Assembly: GCA_019828565.1 (NCBI GenBank)
Contig: JAHDYR010000007.1
Location: forward strand, 605,333-669,332
From: Carpediemonas membranifera BICM
Taxonomy: Eukaryota; Protista; Fornicata
Direction of reading: 5' to 3'
DNA length: 64,000 bases
In this document: positions 19,684 through 29,878 of the stretch, piece by piece
Layout of the letters: each line of letters starts with the position of its first letter
Numbering within the stretch: position 1 is the stretch's first letter
Translations under genes and position numbers: made by a program
Notes under the pieces: model-generated
What the model was told of the DNA's origin: nothing
Databases searched by the model: none
Seen by the model: only the letters and a program-made list of their open reading frames with translations

Positions 19684-21068
19684 GTTCGTACGTTGGTACT
19701 TCGATGAGGCAAATATTTGCGCTGACGACTCACGACTTCAAATTCAGGTACCACAAAACAGGCAGGCAGCTGGATATCTGTGATAAATCCTCTCAAACAA
19801 CGCTCGGTGGAGCTAGTGCCACTGGCGTAGGGAAAACAGTTCCGCGAATATGATTTCATCAGCCTTGATTGATTGGGTCATATCTTTTCGTAGCTGGTCG
19901 ACACTAGTGTCAGAGTGTATTCTTCGGAAAAAATCTGAAGAGTTTTGTCGTTCGGCAACCTCTGGGCTCACCTCTGGCGTTAGATAAGAACAGGCCAAAA
20001 TGTGTCTGAAAGCTTCACTCAAATTGAACAAGAGATCGTTCTAATATACACTAACCCCATCAATGCACTCACAGTGGTTCTGGGCTCGAGTAAATGGGCC
20101 CAAATCCTCAGGGCCACGTCGAGCTTTTCTCTCAACTCATGACCGCCAGGGGTGTTTCAAAGAAAAGCTCCCATGCATCTTAGTTGGCGCAATAGAAGCA
20201 TTTGGCATCATCCTGGCTCATGTGGGAAATCATAACCGCAATTCTGGGCAAAGGAATTTCTCGCCGTCTTCAAGGTGAGAAAATGTGGCATAGAATGTGG
20301 ACAAAAGATCTCATATATCTGAAACGAGTACTAAACTCGTCCTTTTCAGCATAACTGAAGCTCATAGAGGTCCCAGAGACAGGATTTTGGCAAAGACAAA
20401 TGGGTGGGAGAAATGTCCTTCGTGTGAAGTCTTTTGGCTGTCAAACGTCACTATGTCATGTGTAATCGTTGTTCCCTTTCGTTTCAATGAACAAGAATGC
20501 AGCGGTTCATGACATGGCACGCGTGGAAGATTCTGGAGGCTTATCCTGCACATTTTGATGTGCTCAGTGATTCGTGGTAAAGGTGGACAATAAAGATACT
20601 TTGATGCTGATTATGTGTACAGACAATCTTTATGATAAGCTTCAGCGGGTCTGTTTCGGGCATGTCGACTGGGATGACATGATGGTGTGTCGCACTTGAC
20701 CAGCGTCGGTGTCCGGCCAGCGTAGCCTGGCCTCGAACCACTGGCCATGTGGGTCCTGAAGCGCATCAAACATGCCCGTGGCCGCTGCCTCGAACGGTAA
20801 GGCAATGACCCTCTCCGGCTATGGGTACGAATCAATGTAGCGAGTGCAGCCTTCTCAGGCCCCGAGAATGCATGGTCTAGGTGACCATGAAGCCTTCAAT
20901 CGACCCTGTAACCATCTCATCACGAGCACGGGGGGCAGTGCAGTCTCTTGTGGGGTCGACTCGGCCACAGTCGGACGCCCCCTGACCGGGCTCAACATGA
21001 CTGTGAAAGCAACGCAGCATCTCCGGTGCCGCAGAATAAATAAATATAACGCCGCAGCATTTACTACC

Positions 21069-22481
21069 TCACGAGGCCACCCACACAAACCTCAGGTGGC
21101 TCCGGGTCATCTCCGGGTCGACCACCACACGGCCCTCGCCGTCCTTCTTGATCAGACCCGTCATGGACGAGTCGATCTTGACCCCGCAGCCGGTCGCCAG
21201 CTCGTTGACCTTAGCACTGAGGGCTGTTTGCTGGTTCTTGGTCAGATCGAAGAGGTAGCGGGGCGACTCGACAATGACATCGGCCCTGTTATCACATGCA
21301 CGCGTAAATAGGTCATCCGTCATGTAAATAGCATAAACTGCGGGAAGAATGATGTGGGTGAACTTGTGCTTGCGGAAAGAGGACTTGTTCAGCAGTGGCG
21401 GCGCCGTGTCATCTCGCCTCGTCCGTTCCCCGAAGTCCACCCATGCCGGACGGCCGATGAAGGGCACGACTGACAGACTCGCCAGTACCTCCGCACCCGC
21501 CTCGTCGGCAAGCATCATCGCCCGCCTCACGGCCGCGAACGCCACGTGCATGCTGCAGTAGGTAGGCACAGTGGTTCCGGTGGGCCCGTTACCCTGCTGC
21601 CGCTTGATCAGGAGCTCGAGCTCGTCATCGGGCATGCCGGCCACGGGGGTGACCCCGAAGGAGAGGAAGGGGCCAGTCAGGATGTCTCCGAGGTACGCCT
21701 TCGTCGTCACAGTCTCCCGCCCAATATTCTCCTTAAACTGCGAATCGAGAGTTGGGTTGGGGTGCTTCAGCTCGTAAATGGTGCCCTCGCTGTTCGTCTT
21801 CAGGAACTGGGGCGGGATATTGTCCAGGTCCCCCGCCCAGCCTGCCACGTAGGCGTGGTCGTACCCTATCCCCGTTGCGCGCCACGCGGAGTAGTGCTTG
21901 CCGAAGACGATGTCGTGCATGGGCTTGAGACGCATCTCGTACTCCCAGTCGGCAAGGGAGGGGATGGCCTGGTACCGCTCGCCGTAGTGGCGTCTGAGCC
22001 TCTCATCGAAGGCCGTATCAGACCCTGGCTGTTCTACTATCGCCTTGAGCTGCTCCTCGACGGACCCGCGGGCCTTGGTGTCCGGGAACCGGGCGAGGAC
22101 GGGGAAGAGCTCGGTCCGGCCGCTCAGGGCGTCTAGCACCTTGGCGGCGCACTGCTTGGTATAGAACAGGGAGATGTCGGACATCCTTGCGTTGGCGTGG
22201 AGGTCATTGAAGGCGACGGCTCGGGATGTCGGGTCCTCGGTCTTGTCGAACAGCATGAAGAGGAGGAGGAGCTGACGAGCCATAGTGAGTGCTGATGACT
22301 CGCATAGAACGAACTTCAGGGCTGTGGTCTGCTTCTGGACAAGCCACGAGCACATGGTCTGTAGAACGTACCGGGGATCGCCGGTATTCACGAGAAGGGC
22401 AGAGATGTCCGCTTGGCTCTCAAGTGGAATACCAGGACAGAGTCCATACAGGGGAAACGTCCCCATTCCGTCGATCTTCAT
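21069..22481 (-). CDS. DNAAF3: Axonemal dynein assembly factor 3 (PF22) homolog
   Basis: GDPRYVLQT, MARQLLL, RLRRHYGERY...DWEYEMRL, WRATGIGY, PNPTL, YLGDILTGPFLSFG match conserved DNAAF3 blocks. Confidence 0.85.
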   Translation of the reverse strand: MKIDGMGTFPLYGLCPGIPLESQADISALLVNTGDPRYVLQTMCSWLVQKQTTALKFVLCESSALTMARQLLLLFMLFDKTEDPTSRAVAFNDLHANARMSDISLFYTKQCAAKVLDALSGRTELFPVLARFPDTKARGSVEEQLKAIVEQPGSDTAFDERLRRHYGERYQAIPSLADWEYEMRLKPMHDIVFGKHYSAWRATGIGYDHAYVAGWAGDLDNIPPQFLKTNSEGTIYELKHPNPTLDSQFKENIGRETVTTKAYLGDILTGPFLSFGVTPVAGMPDDELELLIKRQQGNGPTGTTVPTYCSMHVAFAAVRRAMMLADEAGAEVLASLSVVPFIGRPAWVDFGERTRRDDTAPPLLNKSSFRKHKFTHIILPAVYAIYMTDDLFTRACDNRADVIVESPRYLFDLTKNQQTALSAKVNELATGCGVKIDSSMTGLIKKDGEGRVVVDPEMTRSHLRFVWVAS

Positions 22482-22624
22482 GACGTTCAAATTTAGGACC
22501 TTAATCTGCACATCTGGGCGATCTGAGCCTCTGGACTGGGCATCTCGTCAAATTCACCCACAGAGGTCGGCTAGTGAATGTTCCGAACTCAGTGTGCCGT
22601 TTAATAAACTGTCCGTCTGCATGC

Positions 22625-22789
22625 TCAGTCGAGCTCCTCGACCGTGGGGCCGGCGCCCGATGGGGCCGCGCCAGGCGCCCCGCCCATGTCGGGCATGCCC
22701 TGCGGCGCGCCCTCGGCGTAGAGCTTGGTCATGATGGGCGTCGAGACCTGCTCGAGCTCCTTGCGCTTGGCCTCGAACTCCTTCTCGGT
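22625..22789 (-). pseudogene. Isolated C-terminal tail of cytosolic Hsp70 (gene fragment or terminal exon)
   Basis: Manual translation: [54 protein letters not shown]. No ATPase or substrate-binding domain nearby. Absent from the ORF track. Confidence 0.8.
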
Positions 22790-22843
22790 CTCCGTGAGAA
22801 TAAGATAGTAACGAAGACCCCATCCACCACCCCTAGCCCTAGC

Positions 22844-23725
22844 CTACAACATGCCCACGCCGCCCTCAGCCCTGGGTCGGGCGGCCCGCATGGCACCCTC
22901 GCACTCGGCCCGATGCTCGTTGACACCCGCCCCGCAGCCCCGGACCATCTGCACCAGCACCGTGGCCAGAGAGTGGGTGGTGGGGTCAGGTCCACTGAAT
23001 GCGGCCAGTATGGTATCCTTGACACCCGACGCTGGACTAAAAAGGGCCTCCTGGGCAGCGTCGTAGGCGGATGGGTCGAGTTTTGTCCAAGCCCGGGTGA
23101 GGGAGCGAAGGACAAACGGGACCATGGCCTTGGTCGCGTCAGCGGCGACAAAGGCCCGGCACGCAGAGACGAGCTGGGCATAGCGCTCGGAGGTCCACCC
23201 AGCCGCCTCAACATCGCCGCTGTACCCCTCTACGCTGCATATCTGTGCGAGATGCGGGTCCGCTGGCAGGTAGCAGTCGACGGTGGGCTGGAGTCGGTGG
23301 GTGTAGACGCTCTCTCGCACCTGGACGAAGCGGGTGGCAGGGGTGCCTTGCGAATGCGTGCGGGATGTAACTACTGGAGTCTCTGGCAGGGGCTTGGATG
23401 GCCGTTTCTCGCGCTTGACGTGCAGACTACCTATCATGCGATTTGAGTGCTGCCAACGAGGCGTGTGCTTCAGCGTACGAGCGCTTGCTTGGGCAATCTT
23501 TTTGTGCACCTTGGGCGTAGATTGTCGATACGGTAGTAGTTGGGGCGTATTTCCTTGGAGCTGGGCGAACTGTGGAGCTTGATTCTGCGATGAATCCTTA
23601 TTCTCCATCCGAGCTCTCTTCACTTGCTTCCTATCCCACATTTCAAACTCATCTACGGCTTTTCGAGTACTGTGTAACCTTTCTCGCTCATCACGTACAT
23701 CATTCCGTATTCCCGCCTTCCTCAT
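22844..23725 (-). CDS. Hypothetical protein (basic disordered N-terminus, helical C-terminus)
   Basis: ~293-aa ORF from ATG 23725; same frame as the downstream Hsp70 tail across one TAG. Confidence 0.55.
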   Translation of the reverse strand: MRKAGIRNDVRDERERLHSTRKAVDEFEMWDRKQVKRARMENKDSSQNQAPQFAQLQGNTPQLLPYRQSTPKVHKKIAQASARTLKHTPRWQHSNRMIGSLHVKREKRPSKPLPETPVVTSRTHSQGTPATRFVQVRESVYTHRLQPTVDCYLPADPHLAQICSVEGYSGDVEAAGWTSERYAQLVSACRAFVAADATKAMVPFVLRSLTRAWTKLDPSAYDAAQEALFSPASGVKDTILAAFSGPDPTTHSLATVLVQMVRGCGAGVNEHRAECEGAMRAARPRAEGGVGML

Positions 23726-23903
23726 TGGCGGACTCGAGCTCAACTCTGGTCAGCCCCCTGCTCTGCACCACAGACAGGTCCAAGCTGGTATCATAGTGAC
23801 CTGACTCTGGTAGGAGGCCCCCATTCAATGGTGCAGGTTTAGGACATTCCATCGCGCCCGGCTGAATACACGGGTTGAAGACAGGCTAAGAGCAAAGTTT
23901 CAC

Positions 23904-26096
23904 ATGACAGAAAGCGAATTTGATACACCTATGTCTGATATGAGTGATAGAAACAGCGAGTTTGTTCTGGAACAGTCAGAATCAGACAGTGCGTCCAATA
24001 TCGGCGGGAAGACGAAGCACAGTGGACAGATACAGACTCCAGCAAAGCGTGCGCGTGTAATAGAGGGTAGCTGTGAAGCATTGACTGCAGAAGATGTCAT
24101 CCTAACCGAGTTTGAGGTGTGCGACATTTGCCTCTCCGACGAGGCCGACGATGACGATCAGTTCGTTTTCTGCGATGGTCCAGGGTGCAATCTTGTCGTC
24201 CACACGTCGTGCTACGGTGTCAGTGCCGAGGAGCTTGCGGCCGACCACTGGTACTGTGACGCGTGCCAGTCTGCCGGCAACTTCATCGACTCCCCGCACC
24301 CCGATGCCGTCCCACACTGCTGCATGTGCCCTTGCACGGGTGGCGCGCTCAAGCCCACGTCGAACGGAAAGTTCGCCCACTTCGCTTGTGCCCGGGACGT
24401 CGCCCGAGAACGGAGTTACCGAGGCCCGGACGGCCGGCTCGACGTCAGGCCTGGGTGCGGCAAGCCGTGCAGCATCTGCAGCACCAGGCAGGGCTCGACG
24501 GTCCGCTGCATCGAGCCGGGGTGCAGGTCGGCCTTCCATGTCGCGTGTGCCGACCGCCTTGGCTGCCTCAAGGTCACGCGCCAGTACAAGGGGCGCACGG
24601 CACTCGTCCAGTACTGTCCAGTGTGCACTTTAAGGACACTATGGCGACTGGGCATTCAGAGCAGGATGCCGGCATGGACCGCCGCGGATGTCAGTCTGCT
24701 CATTGAGGCTGGCGAGGGCATCCTTGCCAAGGCATCTCTCGGGGTCGACCCGGCCGCCCTCCCATACCAGGAGTCTGGGCCGGACGGGGCCCTCATGGCA
24801 AAGGAAATGTTGCGGGTGGCGCGGGCCGCGGCCGGGGCTGCCCGGGCAGAGCGGGCGAGCAGACCGCCCAAGCCGGTCAGGACTGCGCCAAAGCCTGTGC
24901 CTGAAAAGCCGGTCCCTGCGCCTAGTACCGGTTCCGCAGTACGAGACCAGCCCGAGATCCGGGGAGGAGTGGAGGTCACAGTCCAGCAGCCTCAGCCGAA
25001 CCCGACGCCTCAGCCGGAAAAGGCCGCACCCCGTCCTGTCCCGAAGACCAAGGCCACTGTGGACAAGGAGGCGGCGGCCAAGAAGACGCAGGTTAAGACA
25101 CCCGCCCCTCGGCCCAAGAAGCCCCAGGCACCGATGAAGCAGCGTCTGAAGCGGCGGGACTGGACTGTCGCGCTGCTCTCGCCCATGGGGGTCCGGGCGT
25201 CGTACTCGTCGCCGACCCTACAGCTGCCGGCCAGTATCAAGCTCGACGGCGCCCTCGTGGTTATCCCGCTCACGCCGCTCGCCCTGCTCCAGTTCGCCCT
25301 CACACCGCTGTTCGCAGACGAGCCTGCACGGTGCGCGGGGGAGCTGAAGCCCGTCTCTGCTTCAATGCCGACGGACAGCGAGAGCACGAGCGTCAACCGG
25401 ACCACTGACCCGGTGGGCTTCGTGGCGCAGGCTCACGGGCTGCAGCTCGTGTTTGTCCACGAGACCGTCAACAATGCGCTGTGTAAGTCGCTCGAGCTAG
25501 GCGCGGCCATACAAACGCCATCCCCGCTCATGTCGGGGCCGCTGGAGCTCTACTTCCGCAGGGACAAGGCGCTCGACTCGTGCGTCGACTTGACTGGTTT
25601 CGCAGTTTATGTCATCACGACGAACCCGGACTCCGTGGGCGCGGTACGAGTAATCCAGCAGCTGGAGCACCTGGGCGCAGTGGTGGGGTCTCCAGAGGCA
25701 CCACCCACAGAACAGGAGCACGTTGCCCTGGCCGTTACACCATCGTCGGCATGGTCGCCTCGACTTACCCGTTTCCGTCTTTCCCCGCCGATTTGGGCGA
25801 TAAGGATATGGGATGTGCCGGAAGACGGGTCTGACGCGGGCTTCATGAGATATAAGACAGTTGACGAGATCCCCTCCATATTCCCACCGAAAATCGCAGT
25901 TTTAGGTTCGACTTCCGTTGAGTCGTCACTGATCGTCCGTGTTCAATCGGAGATAGCCGATTACCACGAGGCGCGGCGGTTCATCAATATGGGGCCGGGC
26001 CGGCTGGGATACCCCTGGGAGACCATGAACGAGGCCGGGCTTCGCAGTTTATGCGCCGAACTCACAGCGCCCAGACCGCCGGCCAATCAGTCATAA
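23904..26096 (+). CDS. PZP (PHD-zinc knuckle-PHD) chromatin reader, BRPF/JADE/AF10-like
   Basis: CDIC...VFCDGPGCNLVVHTSCYGV...WYCDAC; CCMCP..GGALKPT..GKFAHFACA; CSIC...CRSAFHVACA. Confidence 0.88.
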   Translation: MTESEFDTPMSDMSDRNSEFVLEQSESDSASNIGGKTKHSGQIQTPAKRARVIEGSCEALTAEDVILTEFEVCDICLSDEADDDDQFVFCDGPGCNLVVHTSCYGVSAEELAADHWYCDACQSAGNFIDSPHPDAVPHCCMCPCTGGALKPTSNGKFAHFACARDVARERSYRGPDGRLDVRPGCGKPCSICSTRQGSTVRCIEPGCRSAFHVACADRLGCLKVTRQYKGRTALVQYCPVCTLRTLWRLGIQSRMPAWTAADVSLLIEAGEGILAKASLGVDPAALPYQESGPDGALMAKEMLRVARAAAGAARAERASRPPKPVRTAPKPVPEKPVPAPSTGSAVRDQPEIRGGVEVTVQQPQPNPTPQPEKAAPRPVPKTKATVDKEAAAKKTQVKTPAPRPKKPQAPMKQRLKRRDWTVALLSPMGVRASYSSPTLQLPASIKLDGALVVIPLTPLALLQFALTPLFADEPARCAGELKPVSASMPTDSESTSVNRTTDPVGFVAQAHGLQLVFVHETVNNALCKSLELGAAIQTPSPLMSGPLELYFRRDKALDSCVDLTGFAVYVITTNPDSVGAVRVIQQLEHLGAVVGSPEAPPTEQEHVALAVTPSSAWSPRLTRFRLSPPIWAIRIWDVPEDGSDAGFMRYKTVDEIPSIFPPKIAVLGSTSVESSLIVRVQSEIADYHEARRFINMGPGRLGYPWETMNEAGLRSLCAELTAPRPPANQS

Positions 26097-26129
26097 ACTT
26101 TCATGCAACAACGGAGGCCGTGTTTACCA

Positions 26130-27131
26130 TTACTGGGCATACCCATCGGGGTGACCCTGGTGCCACTCCCACGCGCTGCGGATGATCGACTCGACGTCCC
26201 CGAACCGTACCGTCCACCCCAGGACCTCCTGGGCCCGCCTGCTGTCCGCCACGAGTGTGGCTGGGTCCCCGTCTCTCCGGGGGCCGACGTCGGCGGGGAT
26301 AGGGTGCCCGGTGACCTTCCTCGAGGTCTCGATGATCTCCTTCACGGTCAGGCCATTGCTGGTGCCAAGGTTGAATGTGTTGAACTTCGGTGACTCATCC
26401 TTCATATATTCGAGCGCCTTAATGTGCGCGTGGGCGAGGTCGACGACATGGATGTAGTCCCGAACGCACGTGCCATCCCGGGTGGGGTAGTCATCGCCAA
26501 ATATGGCCAGCTTGTCCCTCTTGCCCAGGGCGACCTGGAGGACGATCGGGATGAGGTGGCTTTCAGGTGAATGGTCCTCGCCGATGTTCGGCAGGGCCCC
26601 GGCGGCGTTAAAGTAGCGTAGGCAGGTCGCCTTGAGGTCGTGTGCGTTAGTTGTCCAGCGGAGCATGTGCTCGATGGACAGCTTGGTCTCGCCGTACGGG
26701 TTTGTCGGCTCCTTGGGGCAGTTCTCGGCGATGGGGACGAACTCGGGGTTCGGCTCCCCGAAGATCGCAGCAGTGCTTGAAAAGACGATGCGGCCAACAT
26801 TGTGCCTAGTAAGAGCCTTGGCGAGCTCAATGGCACCGTTCATGTTGTTGTCGTAGTACTTGAGGGGGACCTTGACGCTCTCGCCCACCAAAGAGTCGGC
26901 ACAAAAGTGCATGCAGGCGTCGAAGCTGTACTTGGAGAGAACAGCGTTGAGATCCTCCTCGTTGCGGACATCACCGACAACCAGCTCCTTCACACGGCTG
27001 TCCACGGCGTCCTTGTGGCCCTTCGTCATGTTATCGAAGACTACAACATCGTAGCCGGTTTCAATCAGCTCGTGCACACAGATACTACCAATATATCCAG
27101 CTCCTCCGCATACAAGGACCAGTTCTCCCAT
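26130..27131 (-). CDS. galE: UDP-glucose 4-epimerase (bacterial-type sequence)
   Basis: GGAGYIGS, SLVGESVKVPLKYY, FSSTAA, YGETK, LRYFNAAG, DGTCVRDYIHV. Confidence 0.95.
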   Translation of the reverse strand: MGELVLVCGGAGYIGSICVHELIETGYDVVVFDNMTKGHKDAVDSRVKELVVGDVRNEEDLNAVLSKYSFDACMHFCADSLVGESVKVPLKYYDNNMNGAIELAKALTRHNVGRIVFSSTAAIFGEPNPEFVPIAENCPKEPTNPYGETKLSIEHMLRWTTNAHDLKATCLRYFNAAGALPNIGEDHSPESHLIPIVLQVALGKRDKLAIFGDDYPTRDGTCVRDYIHVVDLAHAHIKALEYMKDESPKFNTFNLGTSNGLTVKEIIETSRKVTGHPIPADVGPRRDGDPATLVADSRRAQEVLGWTVRFGDVESIIRSAWEWHQGHPDGYAQ

Positions 27132-28191
27132 GGTTGTAGAGATTTGAGTTTGGGTTGTTTTTGGCACAGTCGCGTGCAGTCTATGTCAGATCGCTGCAAT
27201 GGCGGGCTCCTCGTCGCGCTATCTGCCACAGTCGCCGAGTCGCTGGGATATCTATCGGCTCAAATTCGACATCGCCGTTGCCATCGCCGAGGGTAACTGC
27301 CGGGTCTACAACGCCTCCAAGGGGGCGACTGACCCCTCCTTCTAACCCTCCTCGATTTGAAGAGATTGCCGGGCGCGGTGATCAGTGGCGAGATGCAGTG
27401 CCAGTAAGTGTGTGTGTAGGTGCGAGACGTGCGTATCGGACCCCGGTGCGCTGCTGATTGGCTCGACTTTGGCGAGGCTGATTCATCGAGACGAGACCAC
27501 GGGTCAGGGTCTATGTCAGCTGTTGTGGTTGGCATGCCTGTTGGTCGGGTTGGTCGGGTGGTCAACAAGGGCGATGGATGGAGAAGTCGTCTATGTCTGC
27601 GGTCCTCCTCCGTGAATGGCTGTCTGAGCGACATGTTCCATCGTGCCTCTTGCTGGTCTGACCGCCCCTCCTGGCGTGTTAGTCTGAGGTCAGCGTGGTA
27701 ACAACTAGATGCGTCTGTGTCAACCCCGCATCGAGCCTTTTGGTCCTCTGCAAATGCGAGCATAGGTGGGGGGCGGAGTGATGGTGAAGCGGAGTGCACG
27801 GCGATGCCCCCGTACACGCAGCGTTTAGACGTCTTGCCCGACCTGGCACTGCCAGACCAGCGTTTGGTCAGACTGTCAAGTCCTGAATGGTGACCATGCT
27901 GTGGTAAATGAATGAGGATGGAATAGACGGATGCTCTCTCGTGACATGAGACCCGTGCAGCATTCACGCTCCCGAGCCCAGCTCTTCCGATGTCTGCCCC
28001 CCCAGGTACTGGCCACGCAAGGCCGGCCGACTGCGGCATATGTGACCAAGTCTGGCCGGCTTGCTTTCGGACAAAGATAAGCCCAAGGCTGACAAGCTTT
28101 TTCTCGTCGTGTATTGCAGTATTAGAGACAAGTCAGACCCTCCCGAGACAGAGCATGACCTTACCCTGGACATTTATAAGCACTTGTAATC

Positions 28192-29118
28192 TCACTTCTG
28201 GGCATCAGCGAAGCCACTGACACCGCTGAACATCCTGGAATACATCACCCGCTTCTTCGCCTCGGCAGCGGCGATCTGGCCGTCCACCATCGCGAGATCC
28301 TTCTTGCTCAGGGCGTTCTCGGGGTCGACCTCGAGGACCTTCTCAAGGATCTTCTTGGCATCCTCGAGACGCTTGGTCTTGATATACGCAGTCGACATCC
28401 GCCGCAGGGCCTTCACGTTCTGACCGTCAATGGCGATGACCTTGTCGCACGTGCTAATAACGAGCGGCCACTTCTGCACGCGGACGTAGGCGGCGGCGAT
28501 GTTGTTCATCACAGTGGCGGACATGCTGTTTGCTCTGTCAATGTCCGCGCCTTCCTCCTCCATGACGTCGTACAGGACCTCGTTCGCCCGGTTCCAGCGA
28601 CCGATGGCAGTGTAGGTCTTGCCGGCCTTGAAGGCGACGTTGCCCTCGTTCTTCATCTCGTCAACGAATGCCCACTTGTCATCGCCGGGCTTGTCGTCGC
28701 AATCCCAATTGAATCCGAGCAGATCAATTTCGAAGCGAAGCACGGCGTTCGGAGGGATGGCCGGAGGAGAGCCGTTGGCGCCGTACGCCACGTCGGGGTG
28801 GCAGATGAGCTCTACAGACTCGCCCACGCACATGCTGGCCACGCCCTTGTCCCAGGCGGCGATGACGGAGTGACGGCCGAGGTCAAACTCAAAGGGCTGG
28901 CCGCGGTCCTTGGAGCTATCAAACTTCTTCCCATCAAGAGTCCAGCCCGTATAGTGGCATTCGACCTTACAGCCGTCGACGGGATGCTCCTGTGTGCCGG
29001 CGCTGAGAGTGCGCTTGAGAATAAGCCCTTCCTCGTCAACTTGGACGTAGAGGGGATCCTCCTGGTACTTCTGGAACTGTTCCTTATCAAGATCAGAGAG
29101 TTTGTCGAGAATACTCAT
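28192..29118 (-). CDS. FKBP-type peptidyl-prolyl isomerase with TPR domain (FKBP4/5-like)
   Basis: CHYTGWTLDGKKFDSSKDRGQPFEF...VIAAWDKGVASM...IPPNAVLRFEIDL followed by TPRs (KNEGNVAFK, NVKALRR). Confidence 0.93.
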   Translation of the reverse strand: MSILDKLSDLDKEQFQKYQEDPLYVQVDEEGLILKRTLSAGTQEHPVDGCKVECHYTGWTLDGKKFDSSKDRGQPFEFDLGRHSVIAAWDKGVASMCVGESVELICHPDVAYGANGSPPAIPPNAVLRFEIDLLGFNWDCDDKPGDDKWAFVDEMKNEGNVAFKAGKTYTAIGRWNRANEVLYDVMEEEGADIDRANSMSATVMNNIAAAYVRVQKWPLVISTCDKVIAIDGQNVKALRRMSTAYIKTKRLEDAKKILEKVLEVDPENALSKKDLAMVDGQIAAAEAKKRVMYSRMFSGVSGFADAQK

Positions 29119-29226
29119 GGTTCGTCGCTTCGTGCGTTTGAGTGTCGAGAGATCGATCTCGGCATCAATCTCCCAACCGACATCAATTCGCCGCAATAGC
29201 GCTATCTCTGTTTATCCGCTGGCCGT

Positions 29227-29802
29227 TCAGATGCCCTTCATCTTCCACAGCCCGTCGTTGAGGACATGGAGCAGCTTTACCGCGACCCCGGCATTCTTCT
29301 CCTTAATCTCGGCCGAAGACATTATAGTCAGACCAATGCCGAAGGGATGCTCCTTGCCGTGGGCGAAGAGGGCTACGGGGGTGTTCTCGTCGACCTCGTC
29401 CATGTGGGCCTGCTCGTTCGTGAGGCCGGGCGCCATAACGTCCGACTGGTTCTTGAGGACAAACTTGATAGCCCCGGCGTCCATCTGGAAGCGGGGGAGG
29501 ATGTTAGGGTACTTCAGGAGGATCCGCATGGTGGGGACGTAGGGGTAGTGGTCAATCTCACCAGTCTCGGCATCGCGCTCACTCCAGCGGAAGAAACGGA
29601 TCTCCTTGTCCACAGCCAGAAGCTCTACGTTGTCGGGAAGACGAACACCTTCGAGTTCCGCCTTCTTGGGAACCAGTTCTTCCACAACCTCCTCGAGGAG
29701 GGGGAAGTTCTCTACAAGATCGTTGCTGACCTTCTTAGCAATGCTCTTCTTAAGAAGAGTAACCTTTGACACATCGGTAGCCGCGTTAAACTTGGTGAAC
29801 AT
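29227..29802 (-). CDS. MCTS1: MCTS1/Tma20 PUA-domain translation reinitiation factor
   Basis: MFTKF...; PTMRILLKYP; DAGAIKFVL...DVMAPGLT; HVLNDGLW. Confidence 0.9.
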   Translation of the reverse strand: MFTKFNAATDVSKVTLLKKSIAKKVSNDLVENFPLLEEVVEELVPKKAELEGVRLPDNVELLAVDKEIRFFRWSERDAETGEIDHYPYVPTMRILLKYPNILPRFQMDAGAIKFVLKNQSDVMAPGLTNEQAHMDEVDENTPVALFAHGKEHPFGIGLTIMSSAEIKEKNAGVAVKLLHVLNDGLWKMKGI

Positions 29803-29878
29803 GCCTTTAGCGCGAGCTTGGAGCGTTTCTCGGTTTTCCGTGTCTAATCTGACAAAACAAATACTCTCTGGCCGTTTC

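Noticed and set aside
19578-21060. Upstream exons of the PocR protein or separate small genes
   Set aside because: An in-frame stop lies ~19 codons upstream of ATG 19683 and I found no convincing intron; the ORFs here are short and motif-free.
22831-22846. Telomeric TAGGG-like repeat (minus-strand taggctagggctagggg)
   Set aside because: Only two to three imperfect units, internal to a gene-dense region.
22844-22846. TAG reassignment (hexamitid-type genetic code) explaining the Hsp70-tail fusion
   Set aside because: XRN2, DRG2 and MTR4 end at TAG, the last two at their expected C-termini, and conserved genes have no internal TAA/TAG.
27260-28039. 259-aa ORF between galE and FKBP
   Set aside because: Arg/Pro/Ser-rich with no motif; several equally weak overlapping ORFs. 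Cannot be supported as coding.
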